A DNA stretch of 57,670 nt from an uncultured virus (IMG/VR IMGVR_UViG_3300023109_001645). Its lineage: Duplodnaviria > Heunggongvirae > Uroviricota > Caudoviricetes. The stretch lies in IMG/VR virus record IMGVR_UViG_3300023109_001645. One strand, written 5' to 3'. How positions within the stretch are numbered: the stretch's first letter is position 1; each line of letters starts with the position of its first letter. The notes below the pieces were generated by a model that had not been told where the DNA came from, did not search any database, and was given only the letters and a program-made list of their open reading frames with translations. This document shows positions 1-15,200 of the stretch, in pieces. The position numbers were made by a program, and so were the translations under genes.

Positions 1-3000
1 CTGTCTTACAATCCTCGCAGAAATCAAGCAGCAAATGGTTTACTAAAATTTGACACAATTAAAACAACTGAAAATATACTAGATTCAAATGGTCTAAATT
101 TATCAGGTATTACAGTCAAGTGGAACGATCAAACAAACTCGAATTATTTTGAACAATTTGTTAAGATATTAAATTCAAGTTTGCCTTTGTCTAATTCAAT
201 TGGTAATCCTTTAAAGTCTGAATTAATTGCAGACGTCCAAACACAAAAATATCGATTCAATGCTACAAACACTGGAAAAGCAATATATCCATTTACAAAA
301 CGCATCGAAGGTGTAAGCACACGTTTTGAAATTGTAAGTACAGATATAGCAAGTGACAGTATTTTAGAAGAAGCGCCGCTTCCGGGTAATAGTCCTGCGT
401 TTTTGTTTAGGGATGACGGCCAAGGAGCAGGCAGTAATAATACAGGATTCTTTATGCATTTCCGTCAAGGTAAGCTTGAAACAGGAAATTTTGCAGTAAG
501 CAATCCAACACCAAATCAAGCTGTACAAATTGATGCTGAAAATATCAACGATAGTGACGTATGGCTATTCGAAGTAAACAGTTCTGGAATTGAAAGTAAT
601 CAATGGACAAAAATTGATTCAACTGAAGGTAACAATATTATCTATAACAGTTTGTTTAACAAAACTAGAGATGTTTTTGCAGTAACAACACGTATCGGCG
701 ACCGTATTAATTTAGTTTTCAGTGATGGTGCATTTGGAAATTTGCCATCAGGCAACTTTAGATCATACTACAGAACTAGTAATAATAGACGAAGTGTAAT
801 TACTCCTAGTGCAGTTAATACTGTTAGCATTGAAATACCGTATCAAGCAAGAAACGGATCTGCACAATTATTAACAGTTGGACTTAAATTAAATTATACA
901 ATTAGTAATGCTACTGCTAGCGAAACTAATGCAGAAATTAAACAAAACGCTCCTACTACATACTACACACAAAACAGATTAATTACTGGCGAAGATTATA
1001 ACATTGGTCCTCTTGCAATTAGTCAAGATATTATAAAAACTAAAAGTTCCAATAGAATTTCTAGCGGTATAAGCAGATTCTTTGATTTAAAAGATGCCAG
1101 CGGAAAATATTCAAACACTAGTTTGTTTGCAGACGATGGTATACTTTATAAAGAAGAATTTTTTGAAAAGCAATCTTTTACGTTTGCAACACAAACTGAT
1201 ATTGAAGGAATAATATATAATACCGTTGAAGAAATTTTAGGCGGAATCAATGTACAAAATTTTTATCTAGCAAAATATCCAAAAATTATTGTTGGAGATC
1301 TTAATGCAACATGGGATCAGTCAAGTACAAGTACCAATCAGTCTTTAGGTTTAATAAAAGATATTGATTCTAACACATATAGCGTTGGATCATTTACAGC
1401 TAATAGTTTAAGACTGTTAGAACCTGGGTCAATGTTAAAATTTATTGCACCAACAGGAAAACATTTTATGCCAAACGGCACACTAATGGATGATAGTAAT
1501 CAAGGAGATCATCTAGGCAAAACTACTTATAAATGGTGTAAAGTAGTTTCTGTTGCAGGCGACGGCACAACAATTAATGCAGATGGCATTGCTCCTATTA
1601 CACTAACAGATGTTATACCGACTGGAGCAATACTAGAAGAAATTATTCCAAATTTTTCTAAAACATTAATCAATGATGTAAAAACACAAATAATTGATCA
1701 AGTATTTGAATATAAAGATTTTGCACTACGTTACGATCAATATGACAGACAATGGAAAATAGTACTAGCAGAAGATATTAATACACTTAACAAATTTGCA
1801 ACTGGTAAAGCCGGCGACATTACTGGAGAAAACTTAGATTCAAGTTGGATGCTATATTTTAAAACTGACGGTGAAAAATATACTATCACATACCGTAATT
1901 TACGATATGTAATGGAAAGTGCTGAAGAAATTAGATTCTTTTTTGATGCTGCTGATAAAATTTATGATCCAGCAACAGGGCAAATTGTTAGAGATAAAAT
2001 TGATATTTTAAATATTAATAGAAAGCCCGGCACTGGAATTAACGGACTAGTTCCTTTTACTAGAGATTTTAATTGGACTATTACTGATGCATACAGAGAT
2101 GCTGAAGGATATCTCGATAGTAGAAAAATACAAGTACAATTTATTGACCTCGATGACGATGGTGTTGTTGACGATCCTGATATGTTTGAGCAAATTGTTG
2201 GAGAAAATAACACAGCTATATCTACAGCAAATAAAATTATATTTCAAAAGAAGTATACTACAACTGATGGTGTAGAAGATTTTAAATATTTTGCAAATCC
2301 TTTAATTAACAATAGTCAAGAAATTATTATAGTACAGAATGAAGCTGCAATTGCTCCTTATAGCACTAGACTAGAAGGGCAAATATTTTATTTAATTGAC
2401 GAAGATGTATTTAGGAAATTAAACAAAGTATTAAACAACACATCTCTTAATACTGATTATAAAGCATATTTTGGTAGAGCAGATTTAAAACTACATTATG
2501 TACATGTTGCTGACAGCGGATATAGAATAGATCCAAGTGCAAGTAATATTATCGATACATACTTGCTATCTAAAGCATACGATACTCAAGTTAAACAATA
2601 TATTGCAGGAACTGTTACAAATAAGCCAAGGCCTCCTAGCAATGACGAACTGTTTAGAAGTTACAGCGGTGAAATTAATAAAATAAAAAGTATCAGTGAT
2701 GAAATAATTTATCATCCAGCAAAATATAAAATTTTGTTTGGAGACAAAGCAGCCCCAGATTTACAAGTTAAATTTAAAATTGTTAAAAACTCTAATATGG
2801 TAATTAACGATAATGAACTTAAATCAGATATTATTGAAGCTATTAATAAATTTTTTGATATTGAAAATTGGGACTTTGGAGAAACATTTTACTTCCAAGA
2901 ACTTAGTGCCTATATTATGAATCAGCTATCTCCAAAATTGGTAACTATATTAATAGTACCTAGACAAACAACACAGTCATTTGGTAGTTTATTTGAAATA

Positions 3001-3222
3001 AAAAGTGAGCCTGACGAAATTTTTGCAAGTGCAGCCAAAGTATCTGATATTGAAACAATTGATCAATTAACAGCAACTAATTTACAAGCAAGCGGCAAAG
3101 TAATTAATACAGTAGAAACAAATATAACATCGGGGATTACGAGCAGTGCATCAACAAGTACACCAACTGCAATCAGCAGTTCTTCAAGCAGTGGATCTAG
3201 TGGCGGAGGTTATAGTTACTAA
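1..3222 (+). CDS. Baseplate wedge protein, T4 gp6-like (5' end lies outside the window)
   Basis: Frame is open from base 1 (LSYNPRRNQAANG...), so the track start at 181 is not the true start. Motifs LVFSDGAFGNLP, YYTQNRLITGEDY and C-terminal WDFGETFY resemble gp6/baseplate J-like wedge proteins. Confidence 0.8.
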   Translation: MSYNPRRNQAANGLLKFDTIKTTENILDSNGLNLSGITVKWNDQTNSNYFEQFVKILNSSLPLSNSIGNPLKSELIADVQTQKYRFNATNTGKAIYPFTKRIEGVSTRFEIVSTDIASDSILEEAPLPGNSPAFLFRDDGQGAGSNNTGFFMHFRQGKLETGNFAVSNPTPNQAVQIDAENINDSDVWLFEVNSSGIESNQWTKIDSTEGNNIIYNSLFNKTRDVFAVTTRIGDRINLVFSDGAFGNLPSGNFRSYYRTSNNRRSVITPSAVNTVSIEIPYQARNGSAQLLTVGLKLNYTISNATASETNAEIKQNAPTTYYTQNRLITGEDYNIGPLAISQDIIKTKSSNRISSGISRFFDLKDASGKYSNTSLFADDGILYKEEFFEKQSFTFATQTDIEGIIYNTVEEILGGINVQNFYLAKYPKIIVGDLNATWDQSSTSTNQSLGLIKDIDSNTYSVGSFTANSLRLLEPGSMLKFIAPTGKHFMPNGTLMDDSNQGDHLGKTTYKWCKVVSVAGDGTTINADGIAPITLTDVIPTGAILEEIIPNFSKTLINDVKTQIIDQVFEYKDFALRYDQYDRQWKIVLAEDINTLNKFATGKAGDITGENLDSSWMLYFKTDGEKYTITYRNLRYVMESAEEIRFFFDAADKIYDPATGQIVRDKIDILNINRKPGTGINGLVPFTRDFNWTITDAYRDAEGYLDSRKIQVQFIDLDDDGVVDDPDMFEQIVGENNTAISTANKIIFQKKYTTTDGVEDFKYFANPLINNSQEIIIVQNEAAIAPYSTRLEGQIFYLIDEDVFRKLNKVLNNTSLNTDYKAYFGRADLKLHYVHVADSGYRIDPSASNIIDTYLLSKAYDTQVKQYIAGTVTNKPRPPSNDELFRSYSGEINKIKSISDEIIYHPAKYKILFGDKAAPDLQVKFKIVKNSNMVINDNELKSDIIEAINKFFDIENWDFGETFYFQELSAYIMNQLSPKLVTILIVPRQTTQSFGSLFEIKSEPDEIFASAAKVSDIETIDQLTATNLQASGKVINTVETNITSGITSSASTSTPTAISSSSSSGSSGGGYSY

Positions 3223-6200
3223 TGGCTAAAAATGATCAGAACGAAAGTGCCCTGCCAGTTCCAGGACAAAACAACAAAATTACAGCAAGTGATTTTTTAC
3301 CTAAGTTCTTTAGAACACAGGCTAACAAAAAGTTCTTACAAGGAACATTAGATCAACTTATACAACCTGGCGTTGCAGAAAAAATTAATGGCTATTACGG
3401 TAGAACTACTGCTAAGGCGTACAAAACTTCTGATAATTATGTTGATGATGTAACCAATGATAGAACAAACTATCAGCTGGAGCCTGCAACAGTTATTAAA
3501 GACGTATATGACAATGTAACTTTTTACAAAGATTACAATGATTATATCGGGCAGTTAGGAGTTTTTGGTGCAAACACAGAAAATCATAGTCGTTTAAACT
3601 CGCAAGAAACTTATGCATGGAACCCAAACATTGATTGGGACAAATTTGTAAACTTCCGTGAATATTACTGGATGCCAAACGGGCCTGTTAGTATTCCTGT
3701 TAGAGGACAAAGCAGAGATATTGTTAGTACATATACTGTTACTACTGAAGACCAAGGTGATAGCGTTGCATATGTATTTAATGATGGATTAACACGTAAT
3801 CCTAATCTAAAACTATACCGGGGACAAACATATCGTTTTGAAATTGATGCTCCGGGACACCCAATAGCTATCGCAATCAGTAGAACATTTACGCCGGGCA
3901 CTGCTATACTAACAGCAGGTTCAGAAGGCCTACGTGCTCAAGGACTGTTTGACGCTGTATTATACGGTAACGAATATGATCAAGGTGAGTTTATTATTCT
4001 TCCAAGCGGCGGCAGTGTAACATTTGCAGATGATGATAATGTATCAACGCTTTACCCTGACGGTATCCGTAAGTTAGGTGAAGAAGGCGAAGAAGTAGCC
4101 ATTGCTTACATTGAAAAAGGCACCATTGAATTTACTATTCCAATGAATGCACCTGATAGGTTGTATTATATTAGTAAAAATGCAGTAGATACCAGTGGAC
4201 AAATGCGCATTTATGACATCGAAGAAAATTCATTTCTTGATGTTGGTAACGAAATACTAGGTAAAAAAACATACCTAAGTGCAAATGGCGTACAATTGTC
4301 AAACGGAATGAAAATTAAATTCCAAGGAGATGTTTTACCCACTGAATACGAAACAAATAATTGGTATGTTGAAGGCGTTGGCGACAAGATTAAATTAGTT
4401 AAAGACCAAGATTTAACTATTCCAGCTGCATACAGTGATACAAAGCGAGTTGCATTTGATAGCGATAACTTTGATACGTTGCCGTTTGGCGACGCAAGTG
4501 CATATGCAACAAAAAAGGATTATGTAGTTGTTAATCGTGCAACTCCTGATAGAAATGCATGGAGCCGCTACAATAGATGGCATCACAGAGATGTAATACA
4601 ACAAAGTTTTGACCTTAATCATTTACCAAGAGATTTAGACGAATCGACTAGAGCCAAACGACCTATTATTGAATTTGAAGCAGGACTAAAATTAAATAAT
4701 TTTGGTGCAGTTGCTAAAAAAGACGTCGATTTAATTGATACTTTTACTACTGATGTGTTTAGCAGTATTGAAGGCCAATCAGGATACAATATTGATGGAA
4801 TTAATTTAGCTGACAATATGCGCATCTTGTTTACGGCTGATACAGATGTATTGGTCGCTGGTAAAATTTATCAAGTTAAGTTTGTTGAAATTAACAATAC
4901 TAGACAAATTAGTCTAGTAGAAACAGAAGACACAACACCGATAGATCTTGAAACAGTATTGGTTACACAAGGTGTAAAAAATTCAGGTAAAAGTTATCAC
5001 TATCACGATAACGTATGGCTACCTGCGCAAGAAAAAACAACACAGAACCAAGCTCCGTTATTTGAAGTGTGTGATACAAACAAAAATAGTTTTAGTGATA
5101 CTAAATTTTATCCAGCAACTTCATTCAAAGGCACCAAAGTATTTTCATATGCCCAAGGCGAAGGAACAATTGATAATGAACTAGGATTTGCATTAGAATA
5201 TAAATCTATTAATAACACGGGCGATATTGTTTTTAACTTTAATTTATTAAACGATACATTTACCTATCAAACAGAAGCTGATATATTCGAACAAAAAATT
5301 AACAATGGGTATTTAAAGAAATATACCTCTCTTACTAATTTTAATTATGTAAATGGTTTTAGTAGTACACCTACAATTAGTAAACAGTTTGTTGTAAGAG
5401 AATACAGTGCAACTGATACAAAAGTTAATAATTTTGCAATTGATGTTTATAACAAATCAAGTAGTATAACTGATTTAAAGGTAGCTGTATTTGTAAACAA
5501 TAAGTTACAAAGTAACGATGACTACACAGTTGATAAAACTAATGAAAATGCAACTATAATATTTGCAAAAGATTTAACAGTCAATGATGTTATTAAAATT
5601 AAAACAGATAGTAAAACTATAAAAAATTCCAACGGATATTATGAGTTCCCATATAATTTAGAACGTAATCCATTAAATGATGATATCAACCAATTTACTC
5701 TTGGTGAAGTTATTGATCACGTTGATAGTATGTTGGAAGATATACCAAATTATTCAGGAAAATTTCTTGGAACAAGTAATTTACGAGATCTAGGTGAGCT
5801 TGATCATTACGGTAAAAGATTTGTTAAACATAGCGGTCCTATTAATTTACCTTTGTATCATGTAACTACTAAAACTAATAATATTATAAAAGCTTTAAAA
5901 TATTCTAAAAAAGAATACTCAAGATTTAAGAAAACATTTTTAGATACTGCTTCTACTTTAGGATACGATGGTCCTATAAAAGAGCATGTTGATCTTATTT
6001 TAAAAACAATTAATAATGATAAAGTAAAATCTCAACCGTTTTATTTCTCAGATATGGTTGCTACAGGAAAAGCTAATAAAATTGAGTACACTGTTTTAGA
6101 TATAAGAACAACAGAATATCCTTTAACTTCTGCATTTAACTTGGATAAGTTGAGTGTAAAAAGTGTATTAGTATATCTAGAAGGACTGTTGTTAACTCAT

Positions 6201-9200
6201 GGTAAAGATTATAATTTTAATGTATCTGGTTATATAACAATCGATGCCCAACAACAAGAAGGGGACAAAATTGAAATATACGAATATGAAAATACAGACG
6301 GTAGTTTTATTGCTCCTACTCCTACTAAATTAGGCTTATATCCAAAATACTATCCTGAACTTACTATCGATGATACACTTATTCAAGATGAACCTGAATT
6401 ATCTGGACCATTCAAAGTTTACGGCGAAGATACTGTAACAGGAGATAGAGGATGGTTTTATCCTGTTTACACAACTAAAAGTGATGCAGGACGCGGCAAC
6501 GCATCAAACTCTTACACATTTGTTGGAATGAATAAATTATTTTATATCCCAGCAACTGGTGCAACACTTGCTGGCAACGATGACATTGAAGTTGATGAAT
6601 ACCCAATCGGCGCTGCGTTCATTAGAGGTCATGATGGCAGTTATGTTAAAGCATACAAAGATTTTAGAGACGAATTATTATTAGAACTAGAAAAAAGAAT
6701 TTTTAATAATATTAAAGCTGAATATTCTACAGATAGAATGGATGTTAATAGTTTTATTGGCGGCGAATTTAGAACAAATGAATTTACTAAAACAGAAATT
6801 AATAACACGTTATTAGGCGACTTTCAAAAATGGCTACTAGATAATTTAAATAATCCAAACTATACAGATAATACGTTTTATGATAAGAATAACAATTTTA
6901 CATTCAACTATTCAGATACATTTTCTCCAAACAATAGTAAAAATTTAGGATTTTGGAGAGGTATATATAAAGACGCATTTGACACTGATCGTCCTCACAG
7001 TCATCCTTGGGAAATGTTAGGACTGTCTACAAAACCTTCATGGTGGAATACTGTGTACGGCCCTGCGCCGTATACCGGCGACAACCTAGTACTTTGGAAA
7101 GATTTAGAAGCAGGAAAAATTGCAGATCCTGACAATACTAGAATTGATATTAAGTATGCTCGACCTGGGTTAAGTAATTACATACCGGTTAGTAGTAGTG
7201 GAAAATTATTATCTCCTTTAGATAGTGGATACATTATTGATTTTAATATACAAAGCACAACTAGAAACTTTGCATTTGGCGATCACACACCATACGAAAA
7301 TTCATGGAGACGAAGCTCTGAGTATCCGTTTGCTGTATTGACAGCAATGGTATTAAATAAACCAGCGAAAACTATGGGACTTGGATTTGATACATCTAGA
7401 ATTACTAAAAACTTAGCAAACCAGTGGATAGACGCAAGCACAAATAAACCAGTTGTACTAAAAGATTTAAATTTTCCAAACACAGCTGAGTCAGACGCTA
7501 GAATTAATACATCTGGTTTAGTAAATTACATTTATAACTTGTTAGCAAGCGATATTTTAAAAGTTTATAATGATTATAAATTAGATATCACACAAATTAC
7601 AAACCAAATAGGCATTAAAATTGCAGGATTTACAAGTAAAGAAAAATTTAATCTAATACTTGATAGTAGATCGCCTACACAGTCATTAACGCAAGATGGA
7701 ATATTTGTACCACAGGAAAATTACCAAGTATTTTTAAACACGAGTAGTCCACAAGAACTTTCTGTATATAGTGGCATTGTCGCTGAACGTACACAATTAG
7801 GGTATGTCCTAAGAGGATACAATTTAGAAAAACCTTATTTTGAATATTACCAGACACAAGCAGGATCGTCATTCAGTGTAGTAAATGTAGGAGGAATTTC
7901 TGAAAAAGTAGTTCCTTGGGATTCAAACACTTCTTACATAAACGGAGAAGTAATTTTACACAACAATACATACTATAGGGTTATTAATTCTTTTACTAGC
8001 GGAATATCTTTTACTCTTGATGATATAGTTAAAATACCAAAGCTTCCGGTAAAAGGCGGCATATCAGCAGAATTTAAGAAAGATTTCGATACTACAACTG
8101 TTAAAAAACTTCAGTATGGAACACGTCTTGACACAGCACAAGATGTTGTTGATTTTATATTAGGCTATAACGTAAGACAAAAAGAAATCGGATTTAGTTT
8201 TGAAAATGTCATAGAAGGATCGAATAGTGTTGAAAACTGGAATTCTTCTGCAAAAGAATTTTTATTCTGGACCACACAAGGCTGGGCAAATAATTCATTA
8301 ATTGCATTAAGTCCTGCTGCTAGTTTGCTCGAATTTGAAAGAGATTATTATGTTGTTGATAATATTAAAGATGAGTTTTACGGTTATAATATTTTTAAAG
8401 CAGACGGATTATTCTTAGATTCAGAATTTAATAGTTTGTTACGGGATCAAAATAGTTTTGGAATTGAAACTGTAGGCACTGAAGAAGGTTTATATCATGT
8501 AGCATTGCCACTAGTACAAAAAGAACATGTTGTATTACTAGATAATACCACAGATTTTAACGATACAATTTATAACCCAAGTACTGGATACAGACAAGAA
8601 AGAATTCGTGTTAATGGTTATAGATCAGATAACTGGAACGGCGGATTGAATATCCCAGGATTTATTTATGATGACGCAACATTTACTGATTGGACACAAT
8701 GGAAAGATTATTCAATTGGCGATATTGTAAAATACAAACAATATTATTATGTAGCTACTAACAACCAATCCGGAGCTCAAAATTTTAATGCTAATAATTG
8801 GTATCAATTAAGTGAAAAACCGCAGTCGCAATTAATGACTAACTTTGATTACAAAGTTACGCAGTTTACTGATTTTTATGATTTAGACTCTGATAGTTTT
8901 GATATTAGCCAACAAGAAACAGCACAGCTTTTAATAGGTTATCAAAAACGCCAATACCTTGCTAACATTATCAATGACGATGTAAGTCAGTTTAAATTCT
9001 ATAGAGGTGCAATTGCAGACAAAGGCACGATGAATGTGTTTACTAAACTGTTCGACGCATTAGGTAATACTACTGATAATTTAGAATTTTATGAAGAATG
9101 GGCAATTCAAGTTGGGCGTTATGGTGCAGTCGATGATGTACAGCAAATAGAATATAATCTAAAACAAGATAAAATGCAGGAGTCGCCGCAAGCAATAGAA

Positions 9201-12200
9201 CTTGTCAATACATTGCCAGCAACTAACTTTGATAAAATTTATAGAATACTTCCAAACGAAGTATTTGATAAACCTGCAGATTATAATCATGCACCGTTTC
9301 CAACTAAAACTATTGAAACTGAATATATTAAAACTTCTGGTTATACAAACGAAAATGATGTTGATTTCATTGTTAGCAATCTGATAGATTTGTCATCGAT
9401 TGATGCTAATCAAATTAGTTTAGGAGACACTATTTGGGTAACAGATACTGACAATAATAGTTGGTCTGTTATGCAACTAATAAAAGCAAATACAAATGCT
9501 AATAGTCTAAACACTAATATCACAGAACTTTCAGATGACAACTTAAAATTAGTAGAAATAACATTAGATAAATGGGCTAACGGATTGTTTTCCGCTGGCG
9601 ATTACATTAGCGTTAGAGGATCTCAAGCATACGGTCTTAATGGAATATACGAAATTAATAGTACCAATTTAAATACTGTGCGTATAAAGGTTTTATTAGA
9701 CAATGAGATAAAAGATTTTCTAGAAGAGCAATTTATAGTATCTAAATTAAGGACTATAAGAATAGATAATATTGCAGCAGCTAACAATGCTACTAATCAA
9801 GATATCTATGATAATCAAAAATTGTGGATTGATAAGTATGATTCCGAATGGGCAGTATTAGAAAACAAGGCTGTATATTTAAATTCACAAATAATTACTA
9901 ATCCATCAGAATACGATAGTACAGATCAAGGATTTAGTGATAGTGTAGCAGTTACCCAAAATAATAACAACGTATTTGTAGCAGCTTCGAATGATAAAAA
10001 TGGTAAAATATCTGTATATCGCAGAACTAGAGAACAGTCTAATTTAATATTAGATCAAGAAATTACTATAGACAATGATTTATTTAATAATGTAGATTCG
10101 AATTTCGGAAGCAGTGTTGCAGTATCACCAGACGGCGAATATCTTATTGCAGGTATACCACAAGCAAGTGATGTTAAAACTCGTTTGTCTTACAAGACAG
10201 ATGCAGCCACAGGTCAAAGCACATTCGATTTTCAACCAGATGCAACATATGTTAAAAGTGATATTGTTCGGTATAGAGAAAGTTTATGGAAAGTTAATAG
10301 AGAAATCCTTCCAGAGATTGCCAATCAACCATTTAGTACTTTTGACACATATGTAAATATTGCTAGCTCAGCAGATACTGATAGCACAGAATTAACCTTA
10401 TTAGTTGCAGGCAACCCTGGGTTGCCAAATAGTACAACAAATCACTTGTTAGTCCGCGCTCCTAAAGATATGTATATTGGTACTAAAATAGGAGATACTG
10501 TTAACCTATTTTGGAATCAGCGCAGCTATGCATATCCTACACTTGAAAACTTCTTACCATTTGACGGAAATATTCCGCAAATTACAGGAGATGTTATAAG
10601 TCAAAGTCATACAATTGTTGAAAAGATTGACCATGTGTTCCTTATTAATACTTTTGTATCATTGCCACAGGTAGGCAATATTGTAACAACAGATACAGGT
10701 AGTGCTGAAGTAGCTTATGTAAGCAGCCTAAGAGATAGTGCAGTTGTGTATGTTAAAAATACAAACGGTGTTTTTAATGTAACTGGTGAATTGTTTATTA
10801 ACGAACTAGATTTCGTAGGATTTTATTCAGAAGAAGAAACTGTTGCTACAACTGATGCTGTTGCTGGTTTTTGGATGGTTAATATTGGGTTTGATTATCC
10901 AAATAATAGCACATATTATGATCCAGGCAGAGGTTTAGTATATTCTGATGTTAAGTTGCAAGATTCAGTACGTGATTTGAATGTGTATTACAACATTCAA
11001 AATACAGTTGGCTCTATCGGAACATTTGTAACTGAAAAAAATCGTGCAAGTTATATTGAAAATTTATCATACAGAGGCGATCCTGCAGGAGCAGATGCTA
11101 TTGCTGGAGTAGAAAGAGATTTACTCAGCAATAAGTTTGTAGTAAGAGCAGGAAAAACATTTAGCGATGGACTAACAATTGGAGATACTACTGAATTTAG
11201 ATTATACAATCTTGATAATAGAATAATTGATCTAGAAGCTACTGGATTCACTTATAGTATGTTAAACAAACAACAAACTATAGCTGATTTATGGGACGGA
11301 TATATTAATCTAGAATTAAATGAATTTGATTTTGCAGGATTTGCGTTTGAACCTCAAGTTGGTGATATTCTTGAAGATGTACAAGTGCCAAGAGACGGCG
11401 CAGGCGGGTTAGCATTAACTAGTATTACAACAAGTAGTGCTGAAGTTATGTTTATAAAACGTAATTTTAACGATGTTAAAGTTTATCTAAAAATATTAAC
11501 CGGAGAATGGACAGAACAATCAAATATTGGACGTTTTAATATACGCAGAAAAGCAAATATTGCTTTACGTGGTGCAACCGATGCAGATCGTGTAATTGGT
11601 GTCGTAAATGATGTTAACAATGATATAGTATTAGGAACATCTTTAGTTGGTAAATTGGTAGTATTTAATGCTGATTCTAATTTTTCTGTTGTAGAAACAC
11701 CTGCAATTTTAGAAGAAGAGTACTGGTTCTTTGATGAAACTACTGAATCAGGTATTCGTAGATTTGCTAATCCTCCTTATAGTCTAAACAAAGACTACAC
11801 ACAAATTTATAATGTTCCAGCAGACAAAGTAGGGCCATCTGCAACTTTACCAAATGAAGGAGCAGTTGCAATTTATAGGAGACTGCGTGACGGTACTTAT
11901 AGATTCCAAAATATGCTTGTATCAGAATACAGAGCAGCAAACAGACATTTTGGTTCAAAAGTTTCTATAACACAAGTTGGAAGCTATTACACATTACTTG
12001 TTGGAACCGATAGTGTTGTTAGTGCAAACGAAACAGACAGCACAGGCAGAAGAATACATCCTGGCTCGATAGAAATATTCCGCCATGGCACAACACCAAC
12101 TGATAATTTTAGAGGCGAATATCAATTAAGAGCATACAGTATTGGCGATATTGTAATATATAAAGATGATTATTATCTTTGCCGCAAGGCAACAACATCG

Positions 12201-15200
12201 ATACAAAACGTTATCTTAGATCCAATTTATTGGACTAATATTAGTTGGAAGCATGGCAAAGACTCAAATTATCGAGGAGTGTTTGATAATACTTACACTT
12301 ACAAAAAAGATAATGTTGTTGTGCAAGATAATGCACTATGGCGAGCAGTAACTAATATAGCTACAGGCGCAGCAATTCCAAGTAGTTCAAATAATTCTTG
12401 GACAAGCATAAGCACAGACGTAGATTATGTAGGCTATTTGCCAAATCTAACAGCAAATGCATTTTATAACGAAGATGTGTTTGATCCGATTGAAAATATT
12501 TTAGAATTTAGTAAAAGTTTTGATATTAGCAATGATGCACAAGTATTGGTTGTAACTAGTCAGCAATCTGATGTTACAAGTACAACAAATATAAAACTTG
12601 CAATTTATCGTGCAGTTGGCGATCAGTTCCAAATAGACCAAATAATATCTGCTCCTGATAATGTTACAAGCTGGGCAGACAAAGTTGCAATAAATCCTAA
12701 AGGCACACAGATTGCAATTAGTTCAATGTTAGTAGATACTAACAAAATTAATCAAGGTGTTGTATATATCTACACACAAACAAATGGTACGTTTGTATTA
12801 ACACAGACACTAACACCACCGCAAAATGAAGAAAGCGAAGGGTTTGGTTTTGGATTAGATTTTGGTACAGACAACTTAGTAGTATCGAGTTTAAATGGCG
12901 ATCAAACAATACCTACTACTTTTGATATACATTCTAAATTGTTAGATCCTCAACCTAAAGTAGGAGAAGACGAAGACGGTAATCCGATATTGGCAAAATA
13001 CGTTTTAGATAATACATCAGAAAACTCTACTGTTGTAACAACATTTGATAATAATTTTACAAATTTTGCAAACATAAAACTTGACAAAGGTGTAGTTTAC
13101 ATATACGAATCAGTTAGAGATAATTTGATATATTCAGAACAATTTGTATATCCGTTAACACAAACTACTTTTGGAGAAAACATTTATGCTAACGACAACC
13201 ATGTGTACATTGGTATGCCTGATCAACTTCTTGGCGATAGTACTAAAGGACAGTTAATAGATTTTAGAAAAAACAAAGGTGTGTTTGCTTGGAATGTAAT
13301 TAGTGAAGGAATAACTCCTGTAGATGTAGATAATATACGTGGAGCATTTTTGTACAATAAACGCAAAAATCAAATTGTAAGTTATATTGATTACATTGAT
13401 CCAGTGCAAGGAAAAATTGCTGGACCAGCTGATCAAGAAATTACATTTAAAACACCTTATGATCCTGCAGTTTACAATACAGGCAACATATCAGATAGTT
13501 CAGTTGATCCAAACAGAACGTGGACAGATAAACACGTTGGTCAAGTATGGTGGAATATTAGTAGTGCTAAATTTACTCATGCGTATCAAAGTTCAACTAC
13601 ATTCCAAAAAAATAATTGGAATAAACTAGCACCTGGATCTAGAATTGACGTTTACGAATGGATCGAAAGTAACTTTATTCCTAGTATTAGAGATTCGATT
13701 GCTGACACACCAGACGGAATAGCTAACGGAATTAGCGGAACAAGTTTGTTTAGTGATACTAGATATTCTACCAAAGTAATTTATGATGAAATTAGCAAAA
13801 CATTTAGTAACAAGTATTTCTTTTGGGTAGTTAATAGCACTGTAATTCCTGTAATGGAAAACAGAAAATTAAGTATCCGTGATATTACAGCACTTATTGA
13901 AAATCCAAGAACACAAGGATATCCGTTCATAAGTCTACTTTCTAAGAACAAGTTTGTGCTTAATAATTTTGATACGTTTGTTGACAATGATGACCTTGTG
14001 CTGAATATTAAATATTCGACAGGACCTAAAAAGACACAGAATTTACACAGTCAATATAAATTAATATCTGATGGATTATCAGCAAGTAAGCCTGATCCTG
14101 ATATTGAACGCAAATGGTTTGATAGTTTAATTGGATTTGACACTAATGAAAGAATTGTTCCTGATCCTACAATTACTGTTAAAAATCGTTATGGTATACA
14201 AAATCGTCCAAGACAAAGTATGTTTGTTAATAGATTTGAAGCACTAAAACAAACTATAGAAAGAATAAATCTTAGATTATCTGAAAATCTTGTAGTTGAT
14301 GAATACGATATTTCAAGCTTGTCCCAAAAGGACAATCAACCAACACTGTTGACTAGAGAATATGATTTAGTAATAGACACATTGGCAGACCTTACATTTG
14401 TAAGTACTAATAAAATTTCTCCTGCTAGATTAGAACCTGTAATTACCAATGGTAGAATTTCTAGAATTAATATTATAGATTCAGGACGTGGATATAAAGT
14501 TGCTCCTGTCTTTAAAATTAATGGTGAAGGTACAGATGCAGAATTTGAAACTACTATTAACAACTTAGGTCAAATTATTTCAATTAACGCAATAAATGAA
14601 GGATCTGGATACGATGCTAACACAAGCATAACTGTCAGACCATTCACTGTATTAATTAGAGCAGACGAAAGCATACAAAATAAATGGGCGTTGTATTCAT
14701 GGAACGGCACAGAATGGTATAGAAGAAAATTACAAAGTTATAACGTAGAATTATATTGGGATTATGCAGACTGGTATGCTACAGGATATAATCAGTTTAC
14801 AAATATTAATGATACAATTAAATCATCTTACCAGTTGCCTAGTTTAGAAAATAATATAAACGATACTGTAAAAATTGAAACTGTTGGCTCTGGCGGCTGG
14901 GTATTATTAAGAAAAATTAATAATATAGATACTGAAGATTATACTATCAATTATGAAACAATCGGAAGAGAAAACGGCACAATAAAATTTAAAGATACAT
15001 TATACGATTACGGTAAAAATACTGTAGGATTTGATAACCGTAGTTTTGATAGTAGTTTTTACGATAATAATCCAAGTGTTGAATTAAGAATTATACTTGA
15101 AGCTATTAGAGATAATATATTTGTAGGAAAATTAGAAATTGAATATAATCAGTTGTTTATGGCTGCTTTGCGATATGTAATGACTGAACAGCAATCAGTT

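Noticed and set aside
181..3222. Track start at 181, and extended starts at 27174, 28006, 33257, 48678, 49565, 51484, 53378, 53952 and 56809
   Set aside because: The first frame is open from base 1. For the others, RBS position or stop/start overlaps favour the downstream starts given in the features.
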